A stretch of 64,000 nt of DNA from Trichoplax adhaerens (Eukaryota; Animalia; Placozoa): positions 3,386,152 to 3,450,151 of the forward strand of contig NW_002060944.1 in the NCBI RefSeq assembly GCF_000150275.1. Reading direction: 5' to 3'. The notes beneath the pieces are model-generated. The model saw only the letters and a list, made by a program, of their open reading frames with translations, made no database searches and was not told where the DNA came from. Numbering within the stretch: the first letter of the stretch is position 1; each line of letters begins with the position of its first letter. This document shows, piece after piece, positions 42,256-53,427 of the stretch. The translations under genes were made by a program, and so were the position numbers.

Positions 42256-45200
42256 TCAAGCATCAAATAATTTTCGTAGTTCTTTCCATTTATTATTCTT
42301 GAGCGATGTCCGGATACAACGAAAGAATTCAATATATTGAAATAAATTATGTCTAAAAAAATTTAAAATGCTTAATTAATAGTAGATTAAATAAAAACAG
42401 CACAGGCAATGTAACTCATAACAAAATTATAAGTTTAGACTTACGTCATGAGAAGGACTCCGCCCAACATCTCATTATTAATTATTAGATGGTGAATATA
42501 GGCTCTTGTATGGTTCGAACACACGAAGCATTTACAACCACTAACCAATGGTGAGAAATCTTCATTATATCTATTTTAAAGTTTAAGAGCGCAAATTCTG
42601 TTGTTTTAGTAAGTAGGGCATATTATGTGCTACAGACTGACTCCAATAATGTTATGACCTATCTTCACGTAAATTTAACAATGAAAATGTTGCAGTACGA
42701 TCTTGATCATTGGAGGAATCATTTCCGTTTTCTTCTTCAACTTCAGTTAGCTTACTTGAACGACTTAGAGAATTGATAGCTTTAAGTGGTAAAACCATTG
42801 CCAAATTATTTTCCGTTAGATTGTATGGATAGCTGAGTTATTAAGGAGTAGTAACGTCAAAAGTATATGAATGTAAATAATATGAATATTGTTAAAATAA
42901 GTAAACAAGGATACTACGCATCAAATAGGTCAACTCCACTTTCGATAGCTTTAATGATGTTTGCTGTAAAGTTTTACATTAAAGGATAAGATCATGTACG
43001 CAATTGCATAAATTACATTTCGTAGCCAGAATAAGTTAATAAAGGTTGTACGCTCATAATATGGGTGATTAACGTAGCTTTAATAAGTATTTTCTATTCT
43101 TTACATACTGGGTGAACCAATCGCGTGAATTAATCTTGGCTTTTCAACTGGGAGGTTTTGCTAATATAAAATAATAATAAGCGCTTATTAATAATTTCTT
43201 ATATTAATTGAATATTAACTTTATAGCTGTCATGAAAGCACGCAATAAATCATTACCGTTGTTAACGGAAGAAGCTCAAAAATAGTTTCAACATTCATTT
43301 GATCGCTACCAAATCCTTCTAAAGTGAATCCTAAATTTTAAAATTTCATATAAAACGTTATCTCTTAAGATTTACGGGGCTAATAGATGCAAAGTGGTTT
43401 AACTAAAATCACAATCAAAATGCGTATGTCACCGAAAACAGGCCTGGTTGCGGATTCCTTAGCAGATCGTTGTCTCTCATCAACTAGTCCACCTCCTTCA
43501 ACAGCAGCCCATAACTCACTAGTTTTCAAACTCTTTAAGATTAATCACAATGAAAGTTTAGTTTAGTTTGTTAAGATGCAATAATGTACTCGTTCGTTGA
43601 CACTCCGGTAGTAAATAGAAGCTAGGTGTCTACTGCATTTACTTATTGAGCTCAACAGTTACTTACATCATGTTTCTCACGATATTTAAGGCACTGATCT
43701 AAAAATTCTAAAGTTCTATCAACTGATTTGCGCGTTCTTTTAATAGATGCATTAGCAGGCACCGTGTCGCATAAGCTTTGATACCAACTAGGCCGGCAAA
43801 CTTCGACAAATTTTGAGTAATCATCAGGTGTAACCTAGAAAAAGTTCAATAATGTTTTATTCTCCTAATAAGCTATAACATGGTTCCTTAAAATTTCAAA
43901 TCATTATCGTTTTACCTTTGTTCTACCAGTCTTTGTCCACACGGAGATTGATTTATTTTCATTGTACTGGTACATAGCCTCGCCCTGGTAATCGGAGGCT
44001 GATATGTAAACTGAGTTATCCTAATAACAAAAGTAGTTGCATATGTTTCTTATTGCGCTATACAGCTTTGATAGTACTATATATATTTTAACATGGATTC
44101 TTCCGATACAAGTAGGACTTTCAATATACCACACGTACTTTGTATCCTATGAAGCTAGCGAGACCTTTGCCATATCCGCGTAATTTTATTAATCCAGGTT
44201 CTTCAATACTAAATACGATTGTTTACGTTAATGGAAGTATAGAATAAGTACATCATGAATATCCTACTTGGATTAATTAATTAAATAATAAATGGGATTG
44301 CAATGTCTTAAAAGCAAGTTATATCACGATTGAATTTTATGGTTAGTTAGTCTGCAGCAATTGGAGCATTTCTAAAATCATTTATATCGTAGTGTGATGA
44401 CATGCTTTATTCTAATGATTGGTAAAATTTATCGAAAGTACGCCTATTTTGTAATACTGATGTATACTGTACACTGTATAGTATACTCATAGATGTAAAT
44501 TAGATAAGCAATTTATTATTACTTTTACCATCTACATTTCGTCAACGTGTGCGTTTCTATAGACACAATCAAGGGACTGCTACTGCTTTCTTGTTTGTTT
44601 AGCGATTAATTTTGGCTCGAAAATATTATAAGATGTCATTTGGCGAACAGTTTTATCGTCGGCAATGTGATATCCTTGTCCATATATGATAGCAGTATTT
44701 TCTTAGATTTATTAGCTACAAATTGAACTGATGCTCGTGATACTTTTCATACAGTACGGTACAGTACTTTTTATCTCAACTTTATCAAACTTCAATATTG
44801 AGTAGAAACTTATTTACAGAGTAGCCTATTTCAATTTACAATAGTATACAGTAGTACGGTGTACGTAGTATCGAAACACTACTGTACTTTACTTTTCTAG
44901 TTGTATTATTTTCAATTCATTTAAATAAAATAAATTTTAAAATTTATTAAATTGAATTGAATTTATGTATTTACTGTAAGTACAGTATAGTAAATACAGC
45001 TATTGATTGATTGTGCAATAGTTATAATGCTGTACCGTGGCTACTAGATCTAATTAAGTCGTTCATGGCTATACTATCGTCATGGATTGCTAAATTTATC
45101 GTCTTTGCTGTTTAATGACGACAGTCAGGAGGGCATGAAATAGCCTTAAATATCACAATTAAAAAAAAAAAAAAATTTCGACCACGATGGGACTCGAACC

Positions 45201-46387
45201 CACAATCTTCCGATAACTTCATCTTCCATACAGAAAGATTTCGAAGTCGGACGCCTTATCCGTTGGGCCACGCGGCCGGTCAAGAATAAGGTCGAGAAAT
45301 TTGCTATTTATATGCTTTTCCAGTCATTGTTTGGGTAATACAATGTCGCATTGAAGTGTACTGTACCGTATTTGGATATCTAAATAAGCTGTTCGATACC
45401 AAAGTATGCGGTATAGTGTACAGTATGGAAAATGTAAACGTATGTCGAAGTTGACAAGAACAAGTACAACACGGTGGACGGTACCGTGTTATGTACGGAC
45501 TTGACTATATACCTGTAGAATTCCTATAGCGCCTACGAGCATACAACTAACTATACAAGGTAAAACCTGCTCCATATTTAATCAGTAATCGAGTTGTGGA
45601 GTAATATCACTCAAATGTAGTAAAAAACGATCATCTTAATTACAGATGATGGTTGGTATTACTCTTGCTGAGATTATTAACTCTATACACAAAGTGAGTG
45701 AACTGTTCAAGCAGAAGTATGGATTTGACATTGACGAACTGTACAATTGGAGAATAAAATGTACTAACAAACCGCAACAGCAATAGATCTATTACTGTCG
45801 TGGTCCGCAAATTGTTACACCGCCAATACATTCATTCTATGGCGAATTTCTAGTTTTACTGTAGCAACCAACAGTTTAATATATACTATAACTGTATTGT
45901 AGTAACTCAGAAAGTTCAAATAATACAAATGATTTAAATGCAGTAAAGTACAATAGATAGGACAGGCCTTATGTACTGTATATATAACTATATATATATA
46001 TTTTACTGTAGATAAAGACATTGAATGATCAATGAAAAAGTATATGGCAGTTTATAGTACATACTTTGCATTGATCACATTGAGTCACCATTAACTAACT
46101 GTAACCCTATTTTACAACTGCAGGTAGTAATATTTGATTGGAATAAAAACCCTTTAAGTTGACTTCATAACGTTACTATTGAAAACTTACATCGAAGCCA
46201 GAGGTGTATGCATAATAGGTGGAACGTTGTCCAAAGTCTCCAAAATATCCGGTGTGAGATGAGGAACTACACCAGAACGGTTATAAATTAAACAACCAGG
46301 AGTTTCAACTACCTTGGTTCCAAATTGCAGTGCTCCTAGACGACAGCAAGACCCGGCCAGATCGATTACTCTCACTTTGAAATTCAT
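42256..46387 (-). CDS. QTRT2: Queuine tRNA-ribosyltransferase accessory subunit (QTRT2/QTRTD1), multi-exon
   Basis: RLG...[52 protein letters not shown]...[29 protein letters not shown], and Zn-site [24 protein letters not shown]...[12 protein letters not shown]. Confidence 0.93.
42833..42914 (-). other. U12-type (minor spliceosome) GT-AG intron in QTRT2
   Basis: 5' site GTATCCTTG; branch-site TCCTTAAT (42840-42847) just upstream of CAG; splicing restores GVDLFDAYYPY in frame. Confidence 0.85.
45161..45175 (-). terminator. Pol III oligo(T) terminator of tRNA-Arg
   Basis: A run of 15 A on the + strand, 3 nt beyond the tRNA 3' end. Confidence 0.85.
45179..45277 (-). tRNA. tRNA-Arg(UCG) with 26-nt intron (45215-45240)
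   Basis: GGCCGCGTGGCCCAACGGATAAGGCGTCCGACTTCGA[intron]ATCGGAAGATTGTGGGTTCGAGTCCCATCGTGGTCG gives a 73-nt cloverleaf with A and B boxes and the intron at canonical position 37/38. Confidence 0.95.
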
Positions 46388-47007
46388 GACGACAATGTTC
46401 AAAATTGATTAACCATTAAGCAGTAAAAGTAATATTATGATGAGAACTTTGGCTATGAACTCTGCACTCTCTATTTTTTGAACGTACAAAGTAATGAAAT
46501 TTTACAGTATTATTTTAGGTAGAAAACAGTTATACTCATTGTAGTTAAATTATTATTAGTAAGAGCTCAAGTTGCACTTGCAGTCTTGCACAGCACTTTT
46601 TGAGCCTAGAAATTTTTTTCTACTTCCTTGGACGACTCCAGTATTGTACTGTAGACGATCACGTTGGTTACTGACTTACAGTACTGTATTGTACTGTAGA
46701 GTACAATACACTGTACGCACAGTATGTACAGTAAAGTAGAGCAGGTTGAACAACCCACACTCGTTCGTCATACTGTACCATACTGTACTCATATGGTTAT
46801 GAATTTGTTCCTTCGATTCTACTGTCATGTCTCATTTACTGTACAGTATAGAGGTACACGTATAGTACAGTACACATGTACAATTGTACATGTACTTTCT
46901 CAGTAGAGTTGAACGTTTGGAAAAATGCAATGATTTTGAACGTTTTCAACGTCACTGCCAAGGGTCTGATATACTGTGTTATAGCATAGTCGATAAGCGG
47001 AACACGT

Positions 47008-47672
47008 TGAAATGAGAAAATGCGACAGACGGGCTAACAGACATCTTTTTCCAAATACTGTTGTACAGTATAACATGTTCTACTGTACAGTGTACAGTAT
47101 ACAGTACAGTACTTTGCCATGCAAATGTTGGAAACTCGTGCAGTACTGTACTTCCTCTCTTCACACGTATCAAATTTTATTGATTTTGATGAAGAAATAA
47201 CTCAAAAAATATTCGTCGACTTATCTGAAAAGAAAATAATCACGTTGTACAGTACATACTTTGCCGTTCAAATGTTGGAAACGCGTAAAGTACTGTACTG
47301 AACACAGTGTACTGTACAGCTAGTACAGTATGGAATGAGAAAATGCAACAGACGGACTAACAGACAGTCTTTCCCAAATACTATTGTACTGTACAGTGTA
47401 CAGTACTTTGCCATCCAAATGTTGGAAACTCGTGCAGTACTGTACAGTACAGTACTGTACTGTACTTTGCGTTCAAATGTTGGAAACGCGTAAAGTACTG
47501 TACTGAACACAGTGTACAGTACAGCTAGTACAGTATGGAATGAGAAAATGCGACAGACGGACTAACAGACAGCCTTTCCCAAATACTATTGTACTGTACA
47601 GTGTACAGTACTTTGCCATAAATGTTGGAAACTCGTGCAGTACAGTACTGTACACTGTACAGTACTGTACTT
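47008..47672. repeat. GTAC-rich tandem repeat, ~205-bp unit (two near-identical copies plus a diverged one) between divergent QTRT2 and NELFE
   Basis: AATGAGAAAATGCrACAGACGG recurs at ~47010, ~47334 and ~47539; the CAAATGTTGGAAAC sub-repeat occurs five times. Confidence 0.9.
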
Positions 47673-47798
47673 TCACCAAACGCTGGAACTACCGTCACTG
47701 GAAGTGGTCTGCATTGCAACTGTGGTAGTCTCCACTGGTGAGAGCTTCCATTCTCCTTGTTCTCCTTCAACGATAAACCAACTAGAAATACACTTCAA

Positions 47799-50700
47799 AT
47801 GACCTCCATGATTTTGACATTGCCACCAGCTTCAGCTGAAGAAGGTAAACTATTAAGACGTAAGTATGCATCATTTCCACTCAGCAAAGAAGAATCTTTA
47901 CTTAAAAAGAAATATGATGAAGGCAAACGTAAGGTAAATAAACGCTTCCGCGATAGACGATTTCAATGCTGAAAGATACAAGGTGCTCACCATCATCGAT
48001 GAGCAATAACCTTGACAACATTGTTTTGAAGCATCACTGAAATGACACTAGTTTGAAGTAGAGATGCTAAAGAGTATATTGAATTCAAGTTTCTTTCTAT
48101 TCAGGGAGCCCATCCAGCAATATACGTTATGATATGATAGTTTACTTCTAAATATCATGTGATTGCATTGACATTGCATTGATCCTACTGCGCTATACTA
48201 TTCGTATTTCACAAGTACTGTGCATCCGAGTGATTCACAGGATAATACAGTAATGACAATCGAGTCAAGTAGTATTGAGTTGTGTGTACTGTTCGAGTTC
48301 GAGTTGATATAAATTGTTGTACGTATGGATGTAGTGCAGTGTCTCAAGTTTACCTGAAATAAATACAAAAACCAATCTGCAATATAATATTCAAGATAGA
48401 TTCTGTTATTACTCTCATGTATTTAGCCTGCACCGAAGGAAAAGACCATTAAATCAGCCAAAGAAACTTCAACGATACCACTCAAACGATCAGGTAATTC
48501 GAAAACTACATACTTTACCATCAACAGTAACTATTATATCATTACAATATACGCTAATGTTAGTAAGCAAACAGAATTGACAGAGTAGCAACGGTCTAAT
48601 TACAATAACGTTGAGGTTATCTAATGCTACACTACAATGTTGTGAGTGTTGACTTCAATGACGGCATTCGTCAACAACTACTTATTCACATAACTTTAAG
48701 TCATTATTTTACAATCGAGTATACTTAAGCTCACAAATGAATGGAGGGTTACTAGCCTCATCATATCTATTTCTGAAATGTATATTATGATCTGTATAAT
48801 TCTGCTTTAGAGTGTAGTGTACAGAATCATGAATGATAAAGGACATGGCCTATGTTAATAAAGCTTACGTTATTGTAATTGTTAACTGATACTAAAATGA
48901 TAATTGCGTATGACTAAATTTTTCCTGCTTTAGTCTACCATTCCTCGATGTGGATACCACCTTAACTTATGATTATGCTTATTACGTCTCTAATTAGGAT
49001 CGTTAGATAGCGAAGAAATTAAGAGAGAAACGATTAAAAAATTACAAGCTTTAGGAGTTAGTACCGATAATTAAATTGATATCATACTGTAATCTTGATA
49101 CAATCACCTTAAAAGCCAACTGATTGACTGATTCCTTAGTCCTTGCCAAATACTCAAGAAACCCCAACTCAGCCAAGTACAAAGAAGTTGAAAATATTAC
49201 GACGAAAAACCAAGGTCTTTTACTGTAGTTTAATTAGTTTATTTGCGTTCGTACATAAAGAATATATTATACAGTCGGCCAAAAAACTATTTTCTATTGA
49301 AAATTAAATCGATTTTAATTATTTTTCTTAGCGAGTAAACTCACCTGCCACCAAACAAGCTATAATTAGTGAAGATGCTACAAAAGAGACAAAGGATAGC
49401 ACCTCAAAACCTGTGACGGAGGAACCCGAAGAAAACGTATTATTAATTAGTCATTAATATACAAATAGATGCATAATAGATTTAAATTAAATGCAACGTG
49501 CTGAGTGTTGGTCTTGCAATTTTACTCTAAAGCAATCAGAGGTGGACAATGCATCAGCAGATTCAAGATCAAGTAGGTGTCATCTGTAACCATTTCGTGC
49601 TACCTATAGATTTACAATTAAGAATATACATGATACAGCGAAAATATTGATACGATTTTTTGACTACTTTAGGAAGACATCGGGAGATGGTTAAACAGTC
49701 TACTTCTTTCAAAAAAGTAATTGAATATCGAGTTAACCGTGCCTTTCGTCATAAATATACTTACTGCTTCGAGCCAGTTTAAGCTACGATGGCGATAGCG
49801 TTCTCTATACAAACTTATGCTTTGAAAGAATTTAATATCAACAATTCATATTCTGAAACTAGAAGTTAATTCCCTATAATTTTATCCAGGGTAATACGAT
49901 CTATGTAACTGGCCGCGGTATTAGTGAGATGGTACTAAAGAAATCATTTACTGAGTTTGGTAGGTTCGAACAGATTACTATTTCATCTTAAATTAATCTG
50001 TCTCACCAATAAATTATCAATGGTAGGTCGTATACTATCAATTAATATGGAAGCAGAAAAAAAGTAAGATATCTACATTGGCATCTGAATTATATCCTAC
50101 TAATGTTATCTTGGTTATATTATATCCAATTTATTGTAGAATGGATTTTGTTAATACTGTACTTGCTAATGCTGTTCTACTTTTTAGTTGTGCCTTCATA
50201 ACTTTCGATAGCTATGAAGCGACATCACGCGCTATAAATGAAGTAAGACTGATATTTCAATTAATGTCTCCTTACGTAATTTATATCGTAAAGTGGGTAT
50301 CCGAACTTCGGACACCTTATCTCTTCTGCTAATATACTTAATAAATGAATGGCGTACATTATCTGTTTGTAACCTTCTCATGATATATCGAATTCGTATA
50401 TTTTTAGATGGACAATACAACGGCCGGAGGCGTTTCACTGAAAGTATCATATTCTAGAAAACAAAATTTTGTTTATATACCAGATAAAGTTGCTACTCAT
50501 TCTCCTTGGGCTAGAGCTGGTAAGATTACCTAAATTTTTTTGCAGATGTTCTTAAGAATCCATTTCTAAGAAATAATAGGATTTATTAAATATTTTACTA
50601 TATTTTTGTTGTTTATTCAATGTAGCTGCAGGACAAGTCGAAGGTAAGTAGTAAACGCTTAGATACATGATTTTGTAATTGAAACACTATTGCATAATAT

Positions 50701-50802
50701 ATCTGATTGGTAGCTTTAAGTTCCGCTTTTTAATACTGTCGTAACATAGATGCCAAAAGGGAAGAATCAAGAAATCTTGTGGATTATGAAGATGTATTCT
50801 AA
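47799..50802 (+). CDS. NELFE: Negative elongation factor E (RDBP), multi-exon
   Basis: N-terminal LSKEESLLKKKY coiled motif; RRM GNTIYVTG...FGRILSINME...CAFITFDSYE...AINEMD...SLKVSYSRKQ; C-terminal SPW..A and RNLVDYEDVF, matching the NELF-E layout. No RD repeat is seen. Confidence 0.88.
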
Positions 50803-52446
50803 GAAAACCTTATTCCTATATAAAATGCATATAATGCCGCTATCAGATTAAATTTATTACTGCTATTATTATTGTATTTTTAGTGCCGCTGTTAACTTTG
50901 TATTTGAGATTATTGTATAGTGTATACCCTCAGACATTCAGCAAGATGATAGCAGTTAATTTAATAGTCATTGAGAAGGCCCTGTAAATAGTATCTTAAA
51001 AATCTATAAGATTGTCAGTCTTCTGAATATGACGAACTGTCCAGTATTTTACGAAATTGATATACGAGTATTAATCTAATAAATAGAATTAAATTTGACC
51101 CTGTTGTACAGTAGTATGAACGAGGCAGTCAGAATTGACGTTTCTGTCGTGAAATGTATGATTAAAATGTTAGACTTATAGCACATTTAATTAATATTTT
51201 TGTAATTCTATGTGTAAGCGTTACTGTATGGTACATGTATGTCGTGTGGAGTTGTCATACGTATGCTCTATGTGCCAAATTACATAGAGGTACTTACATT
51301 ATTTCATGTTAACCGAATAAATTTAATACAGTATTACTAATTTACTATAGTAGCAACCTCGTACGATTTCTAAGCTCAAACGGTACTAAAAGCGAGTGGA
51401 TCAGTTCATCGAGAAGCAAGGGTTCCACAATCGGTTATAGTACTGCAATTTTGATACTGTATTGCAATTATGATCTATCATAATTTTATTTATAGTACAG
51501 TACTATCACGTACACTAAAAAGCACATGTACATGTTCTGATCAGCTTAGCTATAGTTCAATACGCCTACTGCTACTGCACTAAGTTGATAGTCATGCTTG
51601 AATATATGGGTACAATATTGTAACAAACTAGAAATCACAATTTAGATAACTTGCTGCTTCACGCTCATCGCTTCCCATTTCATAAATGAATCGCTATCGT
51701 CTTACTGATTCTTTAATACAGTATTTCGCTTCTGCATTTTATTCGTATCATGCAATTATGTCCACACTCCTATTTGCGCTTTATTTTCTTAATCCTGTAC
51801 ACTTAGAATTGTTACTTGGGTTACTATCATAGAGATTTTTTAAGGTTACTACGAAGACTTGAACAGAGCATTTCTGAGCTAGAGGTATCAGGCTATCTTG
51901 ATAGTGCTAATCATTATTATCAGTATAACTGTATTATTTTGACCGAAAAGAATGGTAATATAGTCCACAGTAAGGAAGAAGGACTAAGACAACAAAGTCT
52001 TGCATGTATAACATTTCATAATTAGATGAAAAGGTTATTTCTTATTTCTCTACCTAGATCGTAGGCAGTGTTCTAAAAGGCAGTATCGTTCTTAGACTGA
52101 TATCAGATCATAATGATAAGCTCCAAAAAATCACATTCCACAACGCAACTTAGTCCACTCACAATTACATTAATAATTGCCTATCCAATGTCAATAATTG
52201 TTAACTTGCGCTTCACATTGTATACAATATCAGATCGTTCGCACTGCACTACCACGTCTAACTGAGTCAGAATTAAAGGTTTATAATCGGAAATTATAAA
52301 TTGTGTAAAGTAAAGGATATTGACGTAATTAACAAGAATAGATCTAATCTGGGTGGCAGAAGCAGACACCGCATGATTTAATTTAACGTCCGTTCAGGTT
52401 AAAGGTTTTATGCCAAGAAAAGTACTTTGTACGCATAGAAGCCATG

Positions 52447-52803
52447 TTAATTTGCAGACAAGATTTCAATCTCGAATTGAAGCTCGGCATTTGGAGGTAT
52501 TCCCCAAGCGGGAAATCCTTGGGCTCCATATCCCTTATATCCAGCTATAGTAATGCGAGCAACTTCCCCAACAGCCATTGTCAAACAGCCTTCGTCCCAA
52601 CCTTTGATAACTTTTCCGACACCAACTTGGAAAGTGAAAGGTTTTTGTCCAGGATCTTTGGTGCTCCAGAATTTCTTTAATGGAGTGGATAGCGATCCTA
52701 TGCAGTGGACTGTAATAGTGTTATTGCTCTGGACTTTTGCACCATTGCCTGGTCTAAGAATCTCCTTATAGACACCATCACTTACTTGTATCCGATTTGC
52801 CAT
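52447..52803 (-). CDS. Single-domain FKBP-type PPIase with plant-FKBP12-like signature; CDS uninterrupted
   Basis: 118-aa ORF with VIKGWDEG, M.VGE.A.I, YG..G and GIPPNAEL.FEIEIL, plus TVHC, KFWSTKDPGQKPF and GFPAWGI. Confidence 0.93.
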   Translation of the reverse strand: MANRIQVSDGVYKEILRPGNGAKVQSNNTITVHCIGSLSTPLKKFWSTKDPGQKPFTFQVGVGKVIKGWDEGCLTMAVGEVARITIAGYKGYGAQGFPAWGIPPNAELQFEIEILSAN

Positions 52804-53427
52804 AGCGCTACCTTTGACTTTTTATTAGCTAAAAGTAAAAAATGGACAATATTTGATGATCTTCTTTAGCTCCAACGTTTCCGCTAGCACTGTTCAAGCA
52901 AACTACCGTGGAGTACTAAACTGTACGTTTCGATTTCCCAGTGATTCACTCTTGGATTACCATACTAAATCCTATTCCTCCATGGTACAGTTTGGGAAGT
53001 GTTTTACACACAGCATGACTGACATAGTCTACGCCGAAATTGGATTATGTCCATCGTAGTTATTACAATACTCATGTTCTATATATACTGACTATCAGTA
53101 TCACTACTTTGAGCAGTTACTGCTTACTGGTATCAAGACACTAGACACTTCGTCAACGCGCATAGCAGCAATTTACTAAACCAGAATAGCATTTCAACTC
53201 TTTAATCCTAAAAGAGAAGACAGTGTTTACAGTTGAGAAAGTTACCTTATCAACTTTATCTTCCTTCACTTATTTCTATTAAGTTCATCAATACTGCAAA
53301 GGAGACTGCCATAGCTGTGAATTTTCCTAAAAGCCCAAAATAACGCAAAGATTGTACGGTATCTGTAATAAGCTAGAACAGGCCACAGAATTCAGAAAGC
53401 ACAATTATACGAGAAATCTTAATAACT

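Noticed and set aside
44394-44460. C/D snoRNA-like boxes (GTGATGA...CTGA)
   Set aside because: It is antisense to the host QTRT2 intron, has no terminal stem, and has no rRNA guide I can recognise.
45060-45146. SECIS-like or structured RNA next to the tRNA
   Set aside because: Short complementary segments exist, but there is no proper AUGA/GA quartet geometry and no UGA-containing selenoprotein ORF nearby.
47008-47672. CRISPR-like array (recurring CAAATGTTGGAAAC)
   Set aside because: The spacers are themselves repeated and low-complexity, there are no cas genes, and the context is eukaryotic.
46979-47770. Cluster of ORFs rich in YSTV/QYC
   Set aside because: These are translations of the GTAC-rich tandem repeat in several frames, not protein-like.
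52444-52771. + strand ORFs over the FKBP gene (and similar ones at 12203, 56085, 56746, 57739)
   Set aside because: These are antisense shadows of real coding exons.
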